Assembly: GCA_963709405.1 (NCBI GenBank)
Contig: CAVPXM010000043.1
Location: forward strand, 1-14,252
DNA from: an uncultured Nitrososphaerales archaeon
GTDB taxonomy: Archaea > Thermoproteota > Nitrososphaeria > Nitrososphaerales > Nitrososphaeraceae
Reading direction: 5' to 3'
Length of the DNA stretch: 14,252 nucleotides
Shown: piece by piece, positions 1 to 9,728 of the stretch
How positions within the stretch are numbered: the first letter of the stretch is position 1
How the letters are laid out: every line of letters starts with the position of its first letter
Position numbers and translations under genes: made by a program
Notes under the pieces: model-generated
Seen by the model: the letters and a program-made list of their open reading frames with translations, nothing else
What the model was told of the DNA's origin: nothing
Database searches by the model: none

Positions 1-459
1 AATATGTGAATTCCACTAATTTGTTTTGTTTGTTGATTGCTCAGGTGTTACTTACAACCGTATCTTTATTAGAATTAATCGGTAACATAATTTGATTACG
101 TAGAATAGCTGATAATCCTATCGCAACAATTAACACATTTTGGATCGAATCCCCAACCATTTTCATAAATATGACAGCATGACTCCTTACCTCTTAATAG
201 TTGAATTGTTATTGACATATTCCTGAAGTTTAGTTAAGCCTAGAGATGCACATATAATATATATAATATAAATATACATAAATATACTATTGCTTATGTG
301 GATGTTCTCTCATGTTCAAATATACTCAGAATATATGAGCGTTCGCATCTAAAGCTTTATTGAAGTCAATAGCAAGTTTCATGGCATTTTGCCAATTTCA
401 CAGTATGAAACAAAATTGGCATGTGAAGAAGCAGAAAATTATGCTCGAGTCTCAATTAG

Positions 460-1260
460 TTAGCTGATATAACTGGTATTAGATGGTTTACGTGGCATAC
501 TCGATTGGGGATATTCCAATCCTTCTCGAGCTATTTGCTGTTGTATAGTTTGGATTAGCATCTCCGTGTCTTTTGCTTTCTTCTCAAGGTTAGTCATATC
601 TACTGAGATTCCAAGTATTGAAATCAAGCATTCTAATATGGACTTGGAAGCTTTGGCATCAACAACGTAACCTGATGTTTCTACCAATAAACAAGTACCT
701 TGGATTCCCAGAAGCTTCGCAACACCAACAATAAGGCCATTCATCCCTGCTACTATACCACCTTTATTCATAGGGAAGACATTTTTTTCATTAAATGTGT
801 TTACTATGTCTATATCAGTTGCTGTTCCAAATATACGCGGGTTGTCCACAAACACCCCAGTAACGTATGCTGCCATAGTGAAGACCTTTTTTGTATTGAA
901 CTTTGCAGCAATGTCTAAGATTTGTTCAGCCAGAAGATATTCAGAATCTGGATTTTCTGGCTGCGAGTCTCCAGTCAACAATAGCAAGTCATTATTGCTA
1001 GAAGAAAGAGCCTTTGAATAAAAAATAGTATTCTTCATAAGTTCTGCTACGCCATTTGATCTGATCACAATCTGTGGAGGAAATGAGCTGGAGTAGATGT
1101 CAGCTAGATGGTTTGCATTAAGCTCTTGAATCAAATGATCGATTGCTAGTTTTCCAACATATCCGCTTCCAGGAAAACCACAAATTAAATATGGAGAATG
1201 GAGCTCTGGCATATCGGAAGAATGATAAACTACTTTCATTCTGCGTATGGACGGTAGCAT
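460..1260 (-). CDS. PAC2 family (proteasome assembly chaperone-like) protein
   Basis: N-terminal LICGFPGSGYVGKLAIDHLI, then LLLLTGDSQP, GMNGLIVG and ETSGYVVDAKA, ending in YIS; these match archaeal PAC2-family proteins. ATG at 1260 preferred over TTG at 1269, but the start is uncertain. Confidence 0.88.
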   Translation of the reverse strand: MLPSIRRMKVVYHSSDMPELHSPYLICGFPGSGYVGKLAIDHLIQELNANHLADIYSSSFPPQIVIRSNGVAELMKNTIFYSKALSSSNNDLLLLTGDSQPENPDSEYLLAEQILDIAAKFNTKKVFTMAAYVTGVFVDNPRIFGTATDIDIVNTFNEKNVFPMNKGGIVAGMNGLIVGVAKLLGIQGTCLLVETSGYVVDAKASKSILECLISILGISVDMTNLEKKAKDTEMLIQTIQQQIAREGLEYPQSSMPRKPSNTSYIS

Positions 1261-1321
1261 TTGATTCAAAGGCTATTCAACTATATTCTCAGCTATGTGA
1301 CAATATTTATAAAGTCTCTGT

Positions 1322-1582
1322 CTAACCCCATCCATATAGCATAGGCAAAAAAAATGGCCTGCTAAATGAATTAGTAAGCGAAAGGGCTATCCATGAAATA
1401 TAGAAGGTGTAAAAACTTGCAGCATTTACTCCAAACAGAATCTTCCATAAATCACTTAATGATTGATACGATTGTACTCGCAAATCTGTTAGATTTTTTT
1501 CTAGTTTATATTTACCATCATCTTCTGTCGAATTTATTGATACCTTTTTTGACAGTTTATCTATTTCTCCATCTTTTATCAT
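1322..1582 (-). CDS. small hypothetical protein, possibly membrane-anchored (~86 aa)
   Basis: Part of the 1322..1717 ORF from the ATG at 1582 (MIKDGEID...). Charged N-terminus and a hydrophobic/aromatic C-terminal half. No family recognised. Confidence 0.4.
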   Translation of the reverse strand: MIKDGEIDKLSKKVSINSTEDDGKYKLEKNLTDLRVQSYQSLSDLWKILFGVNAASFYTFYISWIALSLTNSFSRPFFLPMLYGWG

Positions 1583-1846
1583 CTTACAACAACAATAATA
1601 ATAAGACAAGCAGTCCCTTTTAGTATGTACGTCTACACTGTAATTCAGAGCACTATTATATAATAAGATTAAAAAAGTCGTCGAATTCGTCATTCGATGA
1701 TAGAGGTCAATTTGCAAGACTACGTGTTGTGCACACTAGGGCAAGATACTGGTGCTTTTGATTCAAATGCACTCTAACGGTATCCAAAATCACTACATGA
1801 AAAAACAACATTGGTTAAGTCTTCTCCAGGCGTACTAGTAATCGCC

Positions 1847-1854
1847 TTTAATAA
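1847..1854 (+). promoter_or_regulatory. putative archaeal TATA box of the CoA-transferase gene
   Basis: TTTAATAA about 27-34 nt upstream of the ATG at 1881, the spacing expected for a leaderless archaeal transcript. Confidence 0.45.
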
Positions 1855-1880
1855 GAGGAAGAAAGTAATCATATCAAAAA

Positions 1881-3527
1881 ATGTTTTCTAAAATTGTTGA
1901 CGTAATGACTCCTCTCTCTGAAATAAGAGATAATGCCATTATTGCAATTTCAGGATTCAATATGGCTACTACTCCTGAGTATTTAATTCTTGAACTTTAT
2001 AGACAACATGTTGAAGAAGGACATCCAAAAAATATATTTATAATCTCAGATGCCCTACCTGCCAGCCCCGGAAGAGCCTTAGATCAAATCGCAGAAAGAA
2101 TATACAAAGAGTCTAATCAAGAATTTCTCAGAGGTGCCTTGATGCCTTTTTTGGGCTTTTCTCCATGGCTCCAGAAGATGGTAGCAGATAACAGGATCGA
2201 ATGGTACGGATGGCCGATAGGCATAACCGCATATTGGTTCAGAGAGATAGCAGCTGGAAGACCAGGTCTATTGACTAAGATAGGTGTAGATACGTTCCTC
2301 GATCCCCGCAAAGAGGGTGGGGCATTGAATGAACTCGCAAAAAAGAACCTCTCGTGCAAAGTTAGAGTACTTGATATTGAAGGAATAGATTACCTTTTAT
2401 ACCAGGCTCCAAAGCCAGATTTTGCTTTGATCAGAGCTTCTGTGTCCGATGAGAAAGGTAATCTGTCATTGCAGGATGAGGGATTGAGAGGTACTATTCT
2501 TAGCATTGCCCAAGCGGCTAGAGTAAGACCACGTCAGGGTGTAGTCATAGCCCAGGTAAGATGGATAACAAGATCCGGTACTATGAATCCAAGAGATGTA
2601 GATGTACCTGGCCCATTGGTAAATAATGTTGTAGTTGCACCAAAAGAATATCATTGGCAGAGCGCCACTATAGAGTATGATCCTAGAATCTCGTATAAGG
2701 TAATGCCTCCTATAACTGAGAAACTATTGAACGATATCACTAGAACATCTTTGAAGGACGATGAAAAAATAATAGCCAGAAGGATTCTGCTGGAGTTAAT
2801 AAGATTATTCAAAAGCAGACGAGATACTGTATTAGTCAACCTAGGAATAGGAATTCCAGCTATGATCTCATTAGTAGTCGCCCAAGAAGACGTAACAGAA
2901 GCAATTATATCGGTACTTGAATCCGGTCCTTGGGGAGGACTTGCTCTATCAGGAAATGACTTTGGATTAGCAATAAGCCCATTCGCACTTTCGACTATAC
3001 CTGATGTTTTCTCTAACTTTGAGGGCGGGATAATCGATGCTGCTTCTCTTGGTTTTCTACAAGTTGATAAAAAAGGAAATGTAAATGCATCTATGTTGCC
3101 TGGTAGATTCTTTGGACCAGGCGGATTCCCAGTAATAGCCGGAGGGGTGCCTAGAATTTACTTTGCAGGAACTTTCACTGCAGGAAGAACCGAGATTAGC
3201 GTCTCGTCTAATAAGGTGAAAATAATGCATGAGGGTACAATATCAAAGTTCATCGAAAGCGTGTTTATGGTTGCATTTAGCGGACAGCAGGCAATAAAAT
3301 TTGGGCAAGAGATTCTCTATATTACTGAGAGAGCGGTTTTCAGACTAACTAGAGATGGAATAGTTCTCGAAGAAGTTGCTCCTGGAATTGACATTGATAA
3401 AGATATAATACCTAACATGGGTTTCAGGCCTATAATAAGAGGATCAATAGAGGAAATGGATAACAGAATCTTTAATGAATCAAAAATGGGCGTTAGAGAT
3501 GAGATTATGCAAATATTTGAGACATGA
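1881..3527 (+). CDS. family I CoA-transferase, fused alpha/beta (propionate CoA-transferase / YdiF-like)
   Basis: 548 aa with AAGRPGLLTKIGVDTFLDPR, ALIRASVSDEKGNLS, VNLGIGIP, LESGPWGG (E347, codon 2919-2921, at the catalytic Glu position), FLQVDKKGNVNAS and YITERAVFRL..EVAPGID. Confidence 0.92.
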   Translation: MFSKIVDVMTPLSEIRDNAIIAISGFNMATTPEYLILELYRQHVEEGHPKNIFIISDALPASPGRALDQIAERIYKESNQEFLRGALMPFLGFSPWLQKMVADNRIEWYGWPIGITAYWFREIAAGRPGLLTKIGVDTFLDPRKEGGALNELAKKNLSCKVRVLDIEGIDYLLYQAPKPDFALIRASVSDEKGNLSLQDEGLRGTILSIAQAARVRPRQGVVIAQVRWITRSGTMNPRDVDVPGPLVNNVVVAPKEYHWQSATIEYDPRISYKVMPPITEKLLNDITRTSLKDDEKIIARRILLELIRLFKSRRDTVLVNLGIGIPAMISLVVAQEDVTEAIISVLESGPWGGLALSGNDFGLAISPFALSTIPDVFSNFEGGIIDAASLGFLQVDKKGNVNASMLPGRFFGPGGFPVIAGGVPRIYFAGTFTAGRTEISVSSNKVKIMHEGTISKFIESVFMVAFSGQQAIKFGQEILYITERAVFRLTRDGIVLEEVAPGIDIDKDIIPNMGFRPIIRGSIEEMDNRIFNESKMGVRDEIMQIFET

Positions 3528-4227
3528 CATGATCGTAAAATCTGTTCAAGTAGTAAATTGGTCAGAAGCATACTTGTAAGTACATTCTATAGGTTAGAAT
3601 TAGCAGCAAATAAAGCGCAAAAACTCCTTCTCGAAGTTAAGTGTAGAAGGAAGGCTTGATAGTAAAATCTTAGAGATAACACATGGAATGATATTGACTC
3701 TTTCTTTAATGCAAGACCTATGACTTTTCATCGCAGCTGATGATTACTTATAATTAATTCATTTCTTGCATTTTTCAAAGACTTATACACTATATTCGTT
3801 TGTGCAAATTACTACCTGTATCATATCTTCTATATCATCTATCTCACAGCTAACAAATATATTAATTCGATAGTAACTTAATTATACTCTCGTGAGTAAA
3901 ATGATGAATATTGCGATAGTAGCATTGGACTGAATTATAATGATAGAACAAATCTTACTGTGGGAAATAAACTAGATATACCTTAATTATTTACAGAGGT
4001 TAGACTCCAATAAATTCTGAGCTGATAAGTCCAAAATCGGTAGACAGATCATTGTTTAGTTCCATGGCTCAATGCGGTCGACGTTCATCAAATGGAGTAT
4101 TAGAGAATGAATGCAATAATGCGGTGTTTAGACAAGAGCTATGAACTTACGTAACAATGTCGGTACCGTCTTTTTCATCATTACCACGCAGATTAAAGTA
4201 GTCCTCCTTTTATACTAATCTGAGGCC

Positions 4228-5763
4228 ATGGATTTCAAAGAACTTAATGATAAAAGGAATGAACATTCATTCGGGGGTGGAAAGGAAAAGCAAGAAGAGC
4301 GCAGAAGGAAAGGAAAGTTGACAGCTTTTGAAAGGATGGACACCCTGTTTGATTCCCAAACCTTCGTAGAGCTTGATCATTTTGTGACTCATGAATGCTC
4401 CGACTTTGGCATGGAAAAGAAAAAGTATCTCGGAGATGGAGTGGTAACAGGTCATGGCCTGATTGATGGTAGGGTGGCATTTGCTTTCTCACACGACTTT
4501 ACAGTATTAGGCGGATCTTTAGGTTGGGCATTTGCCTCTAAAGTTACGAAGGTAATGGACCTTGCATTGAAACAAGGAGTTCCAATAATAGGTGTAAATG
4601 AATCTGGAGGAGCTCGTATCCAAGAAGGAGTAACTAGTCTAGCTGGTTATGCGGAGATTTTTCATAGGAATGTGAAAGCTTCAGGAGTTGTTCCTCAAAT
4701 ATCTCTTATAATGGGTCCTTGTGCAGGAGGAGCAGTATATTCTCCAGCTTTGACAGACTTTATAATCATGAACAACTCGGCATACATGTTTATTACTGGT
4801 CCAGAGGTAGTTAAGGAGGTCACTAATGAGAATGTAAGTTTCGAAGAGCTTGGCGGAGCCCAGATCCATAACGAAAGGAGTGGAGTTGCACATTTTCTTG
4901 TTGAGGATGAATATGAATGTTTTAGAATTCTGCGGTCACTTCTTTCGTTCATTCCGTCAAACAACTTAGAAAATCCACCTCGCATAGCTCCAACAGATGA
5001 TCCCAAGAGACAAGACTATGAACTCAACTCGATCCTGCCTTCAAATCCAAATATGTCTTATGATATGGGATCAATAATCAGAAAAATTGTAGACAATGGC
5101 GATTTCCTTGAAGTGCAAAAATACTGGGCGCGAAATATAATAGTAGGCTTCGCAAGACTTGACGGCAACTCAGTAGGCATTGTAGCCAACAATCCTGAAT
5201 CATTGGCTGGGGTTCTTGATATTGATTGCTGCGATAAGGCTACACGATTTACAAGGTTCTGTGATTGCTTTAACATTCCTATAGTCGCTTTAGTAGATGT
5301 GCCAGGCTTCCTTCCTGGAACTAGTCAAGAATGGGGGGGGATAATTAGGCATGGAGCAAAACTTCTCTATGCCTTCTCAGAAGCTACAGTGCCTCGACTC
5401 ACAGTCATAACACGAAAAGCTTACGGTGGAGCATATGATGTTATGAATAGTAAGCATATAGGAGCAGACTTCAATTTTGCGTGGCCCACTGCAGAGATCG
5501 CTGTCATGGGGCCAGAAGGTGCTTCTAATATTATATTTAGGAAGGAAATATTAGGGTCGAAAAACCCAGAAAAGAAAAGAATAGAATTAGTACAAGATTA
5601 TAAGAATAAATTCTCCAATCCTTACATCGCAGTTTCAAAAGGCTATATAGATGAGGTCATAGAGCCTAAAGAAACCAGAGAGAGGCTGATTACATCACTT
5701 AAGCGTATTTACAGAAAGAGGGAGGTAAAACCTATGAGGAAACATGGCAACATCCCAGTTTAG
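4228..5763 (+). CDS. pccB: acyl-CoA (probably propionyl-CoA) carboxylase, carboxyltransferase subunit
   Basis: 511 aa with GDGVVTG, DFTVLGGSLG, SGGARIQEG, GPCAGGAVYSPALTDF, DVPGFLPG, RKAYGGAYDVMNSKH, AWPTAEIAVMG and terminal RKHGNIPV. Confidence 0.93.
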   Translation: MDFKELNDKRNEHSFGGGKEKQEERRRKGKLTAFERMDTLFDSQTFVELDHFVTHECSDFGMEKKKYLGDGVVTGHGLIDGRVAFAFSHDFTVLGGSLGWAFASKVTKVMDLALKQGVPIIGVNESGGARIQEGVTSLAGYAEIFHRNVKASGVVPQISLIMGPCAGGAVYSPALTDFIIMNNSAYMFITGPEVVKEVTNENVSFEELGGAQIHNERSGVAHFLVEDEYECFRILRSLLSFIPSNNLENPPRIAPTDDPKRQDYELNSILPSNPNMSYDMGSIIRKIVDNGDFLEVQKYWARNIIVGFARLDGNSVGIVANNPESLAGVLDIDCCDKATRFTRFCDCFNIPIVALVDVPGFLPGTSQEWGGIIRHGAKLLYAFSEATVPRLTVITRKAYGGAYDVMNSKHIGADFNFAWPTAEIAVMGPEGASNIIFRKEILGSKNPEKKRIELVQDYKNKFSNPYIAVSKGYIDEVIEPKETRERLITSLKRIYRKREVKPMRKHGNIPV

Positions 5764-5927
5764 TCAATTATTCTTACAAGTTTTTGCCATAATTAGAACA
5801 ATCAATCATGAATAAATTTGCAATAAACAAACTAAAAGGTTATGCAGTTCACTCCTAGCCATAACGTGATAGTCATACTGAAACTGGGAGAATTTGACTC
5901 TTCTGCATAAAATATGCTTGAGGAACA

Positions 5928-5934
5928 TTTAAAG
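5928..5934 (+). promoter_or_regulatory. putative TATA box for accC-accB
   Basis: TTTAAAG about 27-33 nt upstream of the in-frame TTG at 5961, within a ~200-nt gap after pccB. Confidence 0.35.
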
Positions 5935-5960
5935 CCAAAAGTTTGAGTTTTCCTCTTGTT

Positions 5961-7463
5961 TTGTCTTCATTGTCGAAAAACGTCCTAATAGCAAATAGAG
6001 GAGAAATTGCAATAAGAATAGCGAGAACATGCAAGAAACTTGATCTCAAGCCGTTTGGTATCTATTCCGATGCCGACAAGGGTTCCCTTCACATAAGACA
6101 ATGCGAGAGAGCAGTAAACATAGGAGGGTTTACGTCATCAGAAAGCTATCTTAAGATGGATAAGATAATTGATGCTGCCAAAGAACTTGGCTGTGAACTA
6201 ATACATCCTGGATATGGATTTCTTTCTGAGAACTCTAACTTTGTAATGCTTTGCAAGAAAGAAGGGTTGACTTTCATAGGACCATCATACCAAGCAATGA
6301 GTATTACAGGAGATAAAGCTCGTTCTAGAAGAGTTGCTTCAAAAATTACGTCAATAGTCGACGGAGATGAGGTATCTAATGAAAGGAGTGCTATAGAGCT
6401 AGCAGAAAAGATTGGGTATCCTGTAATTCTTAAGGCAGTACATGGAGGAGGTGGAAGAGGCCTTAGGATATTAAGATCATTCGAAGAGCTAAAGGAAGCG
6501 TTTGCCGCTTCTAAGAATGAGGCAATGATAAGTTTCGGTTCAGATAGAATATACGTCGAAAAATACATAGAAAATCCAAGACATATAGAAGTCCAGGTAC
6601 TCGCAGATGATTCTAAAATAATTCATCTAGGAGAAAGGGAGTGCTCAATTCAACGACGCCATCAGAAACTCATTGAGGAGACTCCTTCTCCAGCTCTTAC
6701 TGTGGAAATGAGGAATGAAATTACTAAAACAGCCATAGCAATAATGAAAGAAATGGGGTACACAAATGCAGGTACTGTCGAATTCCTATTTAAGGATAAT
6801 AAGTTTTATTTCATGGAAGTCAATGCGAGGATACAAGTTGAACACCCTATAACAGAGGCAGTTACAGGTGTAGACATAGTGGAAGAGCAGCTCAGGATAG
6901 CATTAGGTAGTGGGCTATCGATAAAGCAAGAAAATGTAAGATCAAAAGGACATGCAATAGAATGTCGAATAAATTCAGAACATCCCTTAAGTTTTGTTCC
7001 TTTCTCAGGAACCATTACGAAATTCATAGTTCCTAATGTGGAAGGTATTAGGGTCGATACAGCCATGTATCCTGGATACTCAATACCAGTTTTCTATGAT
7101 TCACTAATTGCGAAGATTATATCACTTGCAAATAGCCGCTTGGAAGCGATAGAAAAGATGAAAAGCTCACTCATCTCTTTTAGGATTTCAGGAATTCCAT
7201 CAACCATCCCATTCCACATTTCGGCATTGAATGATACAAGGTTCGTTGACGGAAAATATGACACATCATTTATCAATGAAATGACTTCATTTTCATCAAA
7301 GGATGGGGAAATAGCTGCAGCACTATTATCGTTCATGCCAAAGAGAATCGAGTTCTTAAAAAATGAAACACAGTATATGAGTAATGATCCATGGATGCAG
7401 GGTAGGTACGATTTTATCGACACATTTGACCATCACGCTAATATAAAAAAGTGGATTATATGA
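5961..7463 (+). CDS. accC: biotin carboxylase subunit of acyl-CoA carboxylase
   Basis: VLIANRGEIA, IHPGYGFLSEN, KAVHGGGGRG, RHIEVQ, ERECSIQRRHQK, EVNARIQVEH, IECRINSE and YDSLIAK. The start is a TTG at 5943, 5961 or 5970; 5961 fits the TATA spacing. Confidence 0.93.
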   Translation: MSSLSKNVLIANRGEIAIRIARTCKKLDLKPFGIYSDADKGSLHIRQCERAVNIGGFTSSESYLKMDKIIDAAKELGCELIHPGYGFLSENSNFVMLCKKEGLTFIGPSYQAMSITGDKARSRRVASKITSIVDGDEVSNERSAIELAEKIGYPVILKAVHGGGGRGLRILRSFEELKEAFAASKNEAMISFGSDRIYVEKYIENPRHIEVQVLADDSKIIHLGERECSIQRRHQKLIEETPSPALTVEMRNEITKTAIAIMKEMGYTNAGTVEFLFKDNKFYFMEVNARIQVEHPITEAVTGVDIVEEQLRIALGSGLSIKQENVRSKGHAIECRINSEHPLSFVPFSGTITKFIVPNVEGIRVDTAMYPGYSIPVFYDSLIAKIISLANSRLEAIEKMKSSLISFRISGIPSTIPFHISALNDTRFVDGKYDTSFINEMTSFSSKDGEIAAALLSFMPKRIEFLKNETQYMSNDPWMQGRYDFIDTFDHHANIKKWII

Positions 7464-7900
7464 AAATTAAGGTAAATGATACCCAATATGATATAGAAAT
7501 TAGGGGGAACAAAGTCAAGGTTAACAATGATAAAGAACTAGTAGTAACACAATTGAATAAAGATGAAATAAGAATAGGGGACAAAACATTTCAATTAGAT
7601 TTTGTAGGAGAAGCGGATCCCTCATTCATGATTATTAACGGTATGGTATATATCGTGTCAAAAGAATCTCTGATCCATGCCTCATTTAAAGAAATAAAGG
7701 CTCCTATAGGCGGCAGGATAGTAAGTGTTTTGGCAGATGTAGGAAGCATAGTCAAGAATGGTCAGGTTCTGTTCGTCTTGGAAGCAATGAAGATGGAGAA
7801 CAGACTAATATGTCCAATCAGTGGAAAAAGAATTAAAGAAATCAAAGTTGTCAAAGGTCAATCGGTAATGACAGGCGAAGTTCTTCTAAGATTTGAATAA
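7460..7900 (+). CDS. accB: biotin carboxyl carrier protein
   Basis: EAMKM biotinylation motif (7781-7795) in a C-terminal biotinyl domain. The ATG at 7460 overlaps the accC stop as ATGA, suggesting translational coupling. Confidence 0.92.
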   Translation: MKIKVNDTQYDIEIRGNKVKVNNDKELVVTQLNKDEIRIGDKTFQLDFVGEADPSFMIINGMVYIVSKESLIHASFKEIKAPIGGRIVSVLADVGSIVKNGQVLFVLEAMKMENRLICPISGKRIKEIKVVKGQSVMTGEVLLRFE

Positions 7901-8120
7901 CAGCACAAAAATATAAAACCTACCTGTTAAGCTCAGCAATCAAAGATATGATACTAAGAATACTTTGGGTATCAGCTTGATAGTCTTCAGATGTGGTTTG
8001 TATATGGCTATAATAAAGGAACCAATTTGCGGCATAATGTTACTTAATTGTAATTATGATCAAGATCAAATGTGATTCAATATAATAGTGTAAACTATAC
8101 GTTTACATAATTGATAATGA

Positions 8121-8138
8121 TAAGATTAAGATTAAGAT
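8121..8138 (+). repeat. (TAAGAT)3 short tandem repeat upstream of the CBS gene
   Basis: Three exact copies, followed by degenerate TGGAT/TAGAT. Confidence 0.7.
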
Positions 8139-8160
8139 TGGATTAGATACACTGATAGTT

Positions 8161-8604
8161 ATGAAAGTCGCAGATATTATGAGGAAAAAACTTGAAACCA
8201 TTGAAGAATTATCTTCTATTCAAGAAGCAGCCAAGAAGATGAAAAACAAAAATGTGAGCTCTCTGATAGTGGTTGATGCCAATGGTAAGCCACAAGGCTT
8301 AGTTACTGAACGTGACTTGGTGAGGAAAGTGTGTGTTAATGACGTGCGTACTAGTGTGATAACAAATAAGGAAATAATGTCTTCTCCTATCATTACTATT
8401 GAGTCTAACTCTTCTCCATCAGAGGCTGCAGATATGATGTTGCAATACAACATAAGACATCTGCTTGTAGTTCATGATGCTAACAGTAATTTGGATAACA
8501 ATCCTATTGGCATAATTACGCCGCTTGACTTTACAAGGTATCAAGAGTATGCAAACGATAATGAAAAAGATTCTATTGAAAAGATATTGGAATATTACAT
8601 ATAA
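8161..8604 (+). CDS. CBS domain pair protein
   Basis: MKVADIM..., VSSLIVVD..GLVTERDLV, IMSSPIITI and IRHLLVV..GIITPLDF form two CBS motifs. Confidence 0.9.
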   Translation: MKVADIMRKKLETIEELSSIQEAAKKMKNKNVSSLIVVDANGKPQGLVTERDLVRKVCVNDVRTSVITNKEIMSSPIITIESNSSPSEAADMMLQYNIRHLLVVHDANSNLDNNPIGIITPLDFTRYQEYANDNEKDSIEKILEYYI

Positions 8605-9213
8605 ACATAGATTCAATTGTCACTCAGAAACAGCAGGAATTGTAAAGATCTATTACTGAAATATCGATCATCTATTTGTTTGCAGAAAGTAAATGATCTT
8701 GGAAAATCACAACAAACGTTTCAATAATGACTACTAATAAATCTGTAAGAGTAAATGATACAACATCAATCGTGACAAGTAAATGATTTAGAAATCTGAG
8801 TCGTCTCAATCAAGGAGATACAGATAGAAAAATAAGAATACAACAACTGAATTCGTGACATTTAAGATGAATTATGAAATAAGGTGTATTGCGGAATCAA
8901 ATTGATCTGGCAATAAATAGGAACGAATCTAGGTTGGAAATGATACTACTGAAAAAGAAATTACTGCTTCTTATTTAATTGGAATCTAGATTTGAAAATA
9001 AACATATATCAATGAATATATACAGAAATCATATCCGAGTGGGATCTAATAACTAACGTAACTGTTTTTTGTTAGGTTAGATTCAAGCGATAATACTACA
9101 GATCCTTGAGATGATTATGATATAATCCCAATTGCAAGTGTACATTCCCTTTAAAACAATAACTAAAATAGTTTATATTTAGATCTACGCGTAAAGAAAT
9201 TATTGCTAAATAA

Positions 9214-9531
9214 GGATTCCATACGCATAATGGCAGCGTCTATTATACTAAAAAAGAGTCTGAGAGAAGAGAGATTTATCTCACAAAATGTATGAAGTAT
9301 CTTACATTCCTAGATTATACCGCATTGGAAGCTAGAGGAAAAAGCATTGAATCAAAATTGTCTGAAAAGGATAGAGAAATGCAAGCTATGAAGCAAAAAT
9401 ATGAACATGATATCCAGAGGATCCGTGAAGAGACTAATCAGCGATTTAATCAGATTATGTCAATGATACAGCATAATCCCAAACTGGCACAGGTTAAGAG
9501 CATTGTAATATCATTGGCAATTACTTTGTAA
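9214..9531 (+). pseudogene. C-terminal remnant of a probable tyrosine recombinase/integrase
   Basis: The frame of the 79-aa ORF is open back to a TAA at 9211-9213. It reads HNGSVYYTKKESERREIYLTKCMKYLTFLDY, then a coiled coil ending IMSMIQHNPKLAQVK. The H-x4-YY motif and tail resemble Nitrososphaerales integrase C-termini as I recall them. The N-terminal part is absent. Confidence 0.55.
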
Positions 9532-9728
9532 AGTGAATATGATTATTATGACAAACTAATTTTATGGCTACAGCTTTAGCTAACTCATAGCAAAATGACC
9601 AGAGATACTTTACATAATGAACTTATCGTGCCATTTACATAACTGTTAAGCCAGAGGCGTTATTAGATAGGAGAATAGGAGGGGAAGAGAAATCAGTGTT
9701 AAGGAAGTCGCTATTTGTACTAGCTTAT

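Noticed and set aside
41-166. 41-aa minus-strand ORF (MKMVGDSIQ...)
   Set aside because: Short, with no recognisable motif. The nearby SD-like AGGAG precedes a different ATG that stops after five codons.
250-292. ATATAAT/AAATATAC repetitive tract
   Set aside because: Ordinary low-complexity AT-rich intergenic sequence.
460-474. Possible HbYX proteasome-activating tail on the PAC2 protein
   Set aside because: The protein ends in Y-I-S, so Tyr is third from last rather than penultimate.
3879-3892. 14-mer TAATTATACTCTCG repeated at 13470-13483
   Set aside because: One AT-rich 14-bp match in 14 kb is about what chance gives, and it does not extend.
5333-5340. G8 run in pccB as a phase-variation site
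   Set aside because: In frame and encodes the conserved W-G-G segment; no evidence of slippage from a single sequence.
1881-7900. Na+-pumping decarboxylase or malonate decarboxylase interpretation
   Set aside because: No membrane beta subunit, ACP or CitG-like gene is present, and a full biotin carboxylase points to the carboxylating direction.
2117-8616. Many 60-140 aa antisense ORFs over the transferase, carboxylase and CBS genes
   Set aside because: Shadow ORFs of well-supported genes, with no motifs of their own.
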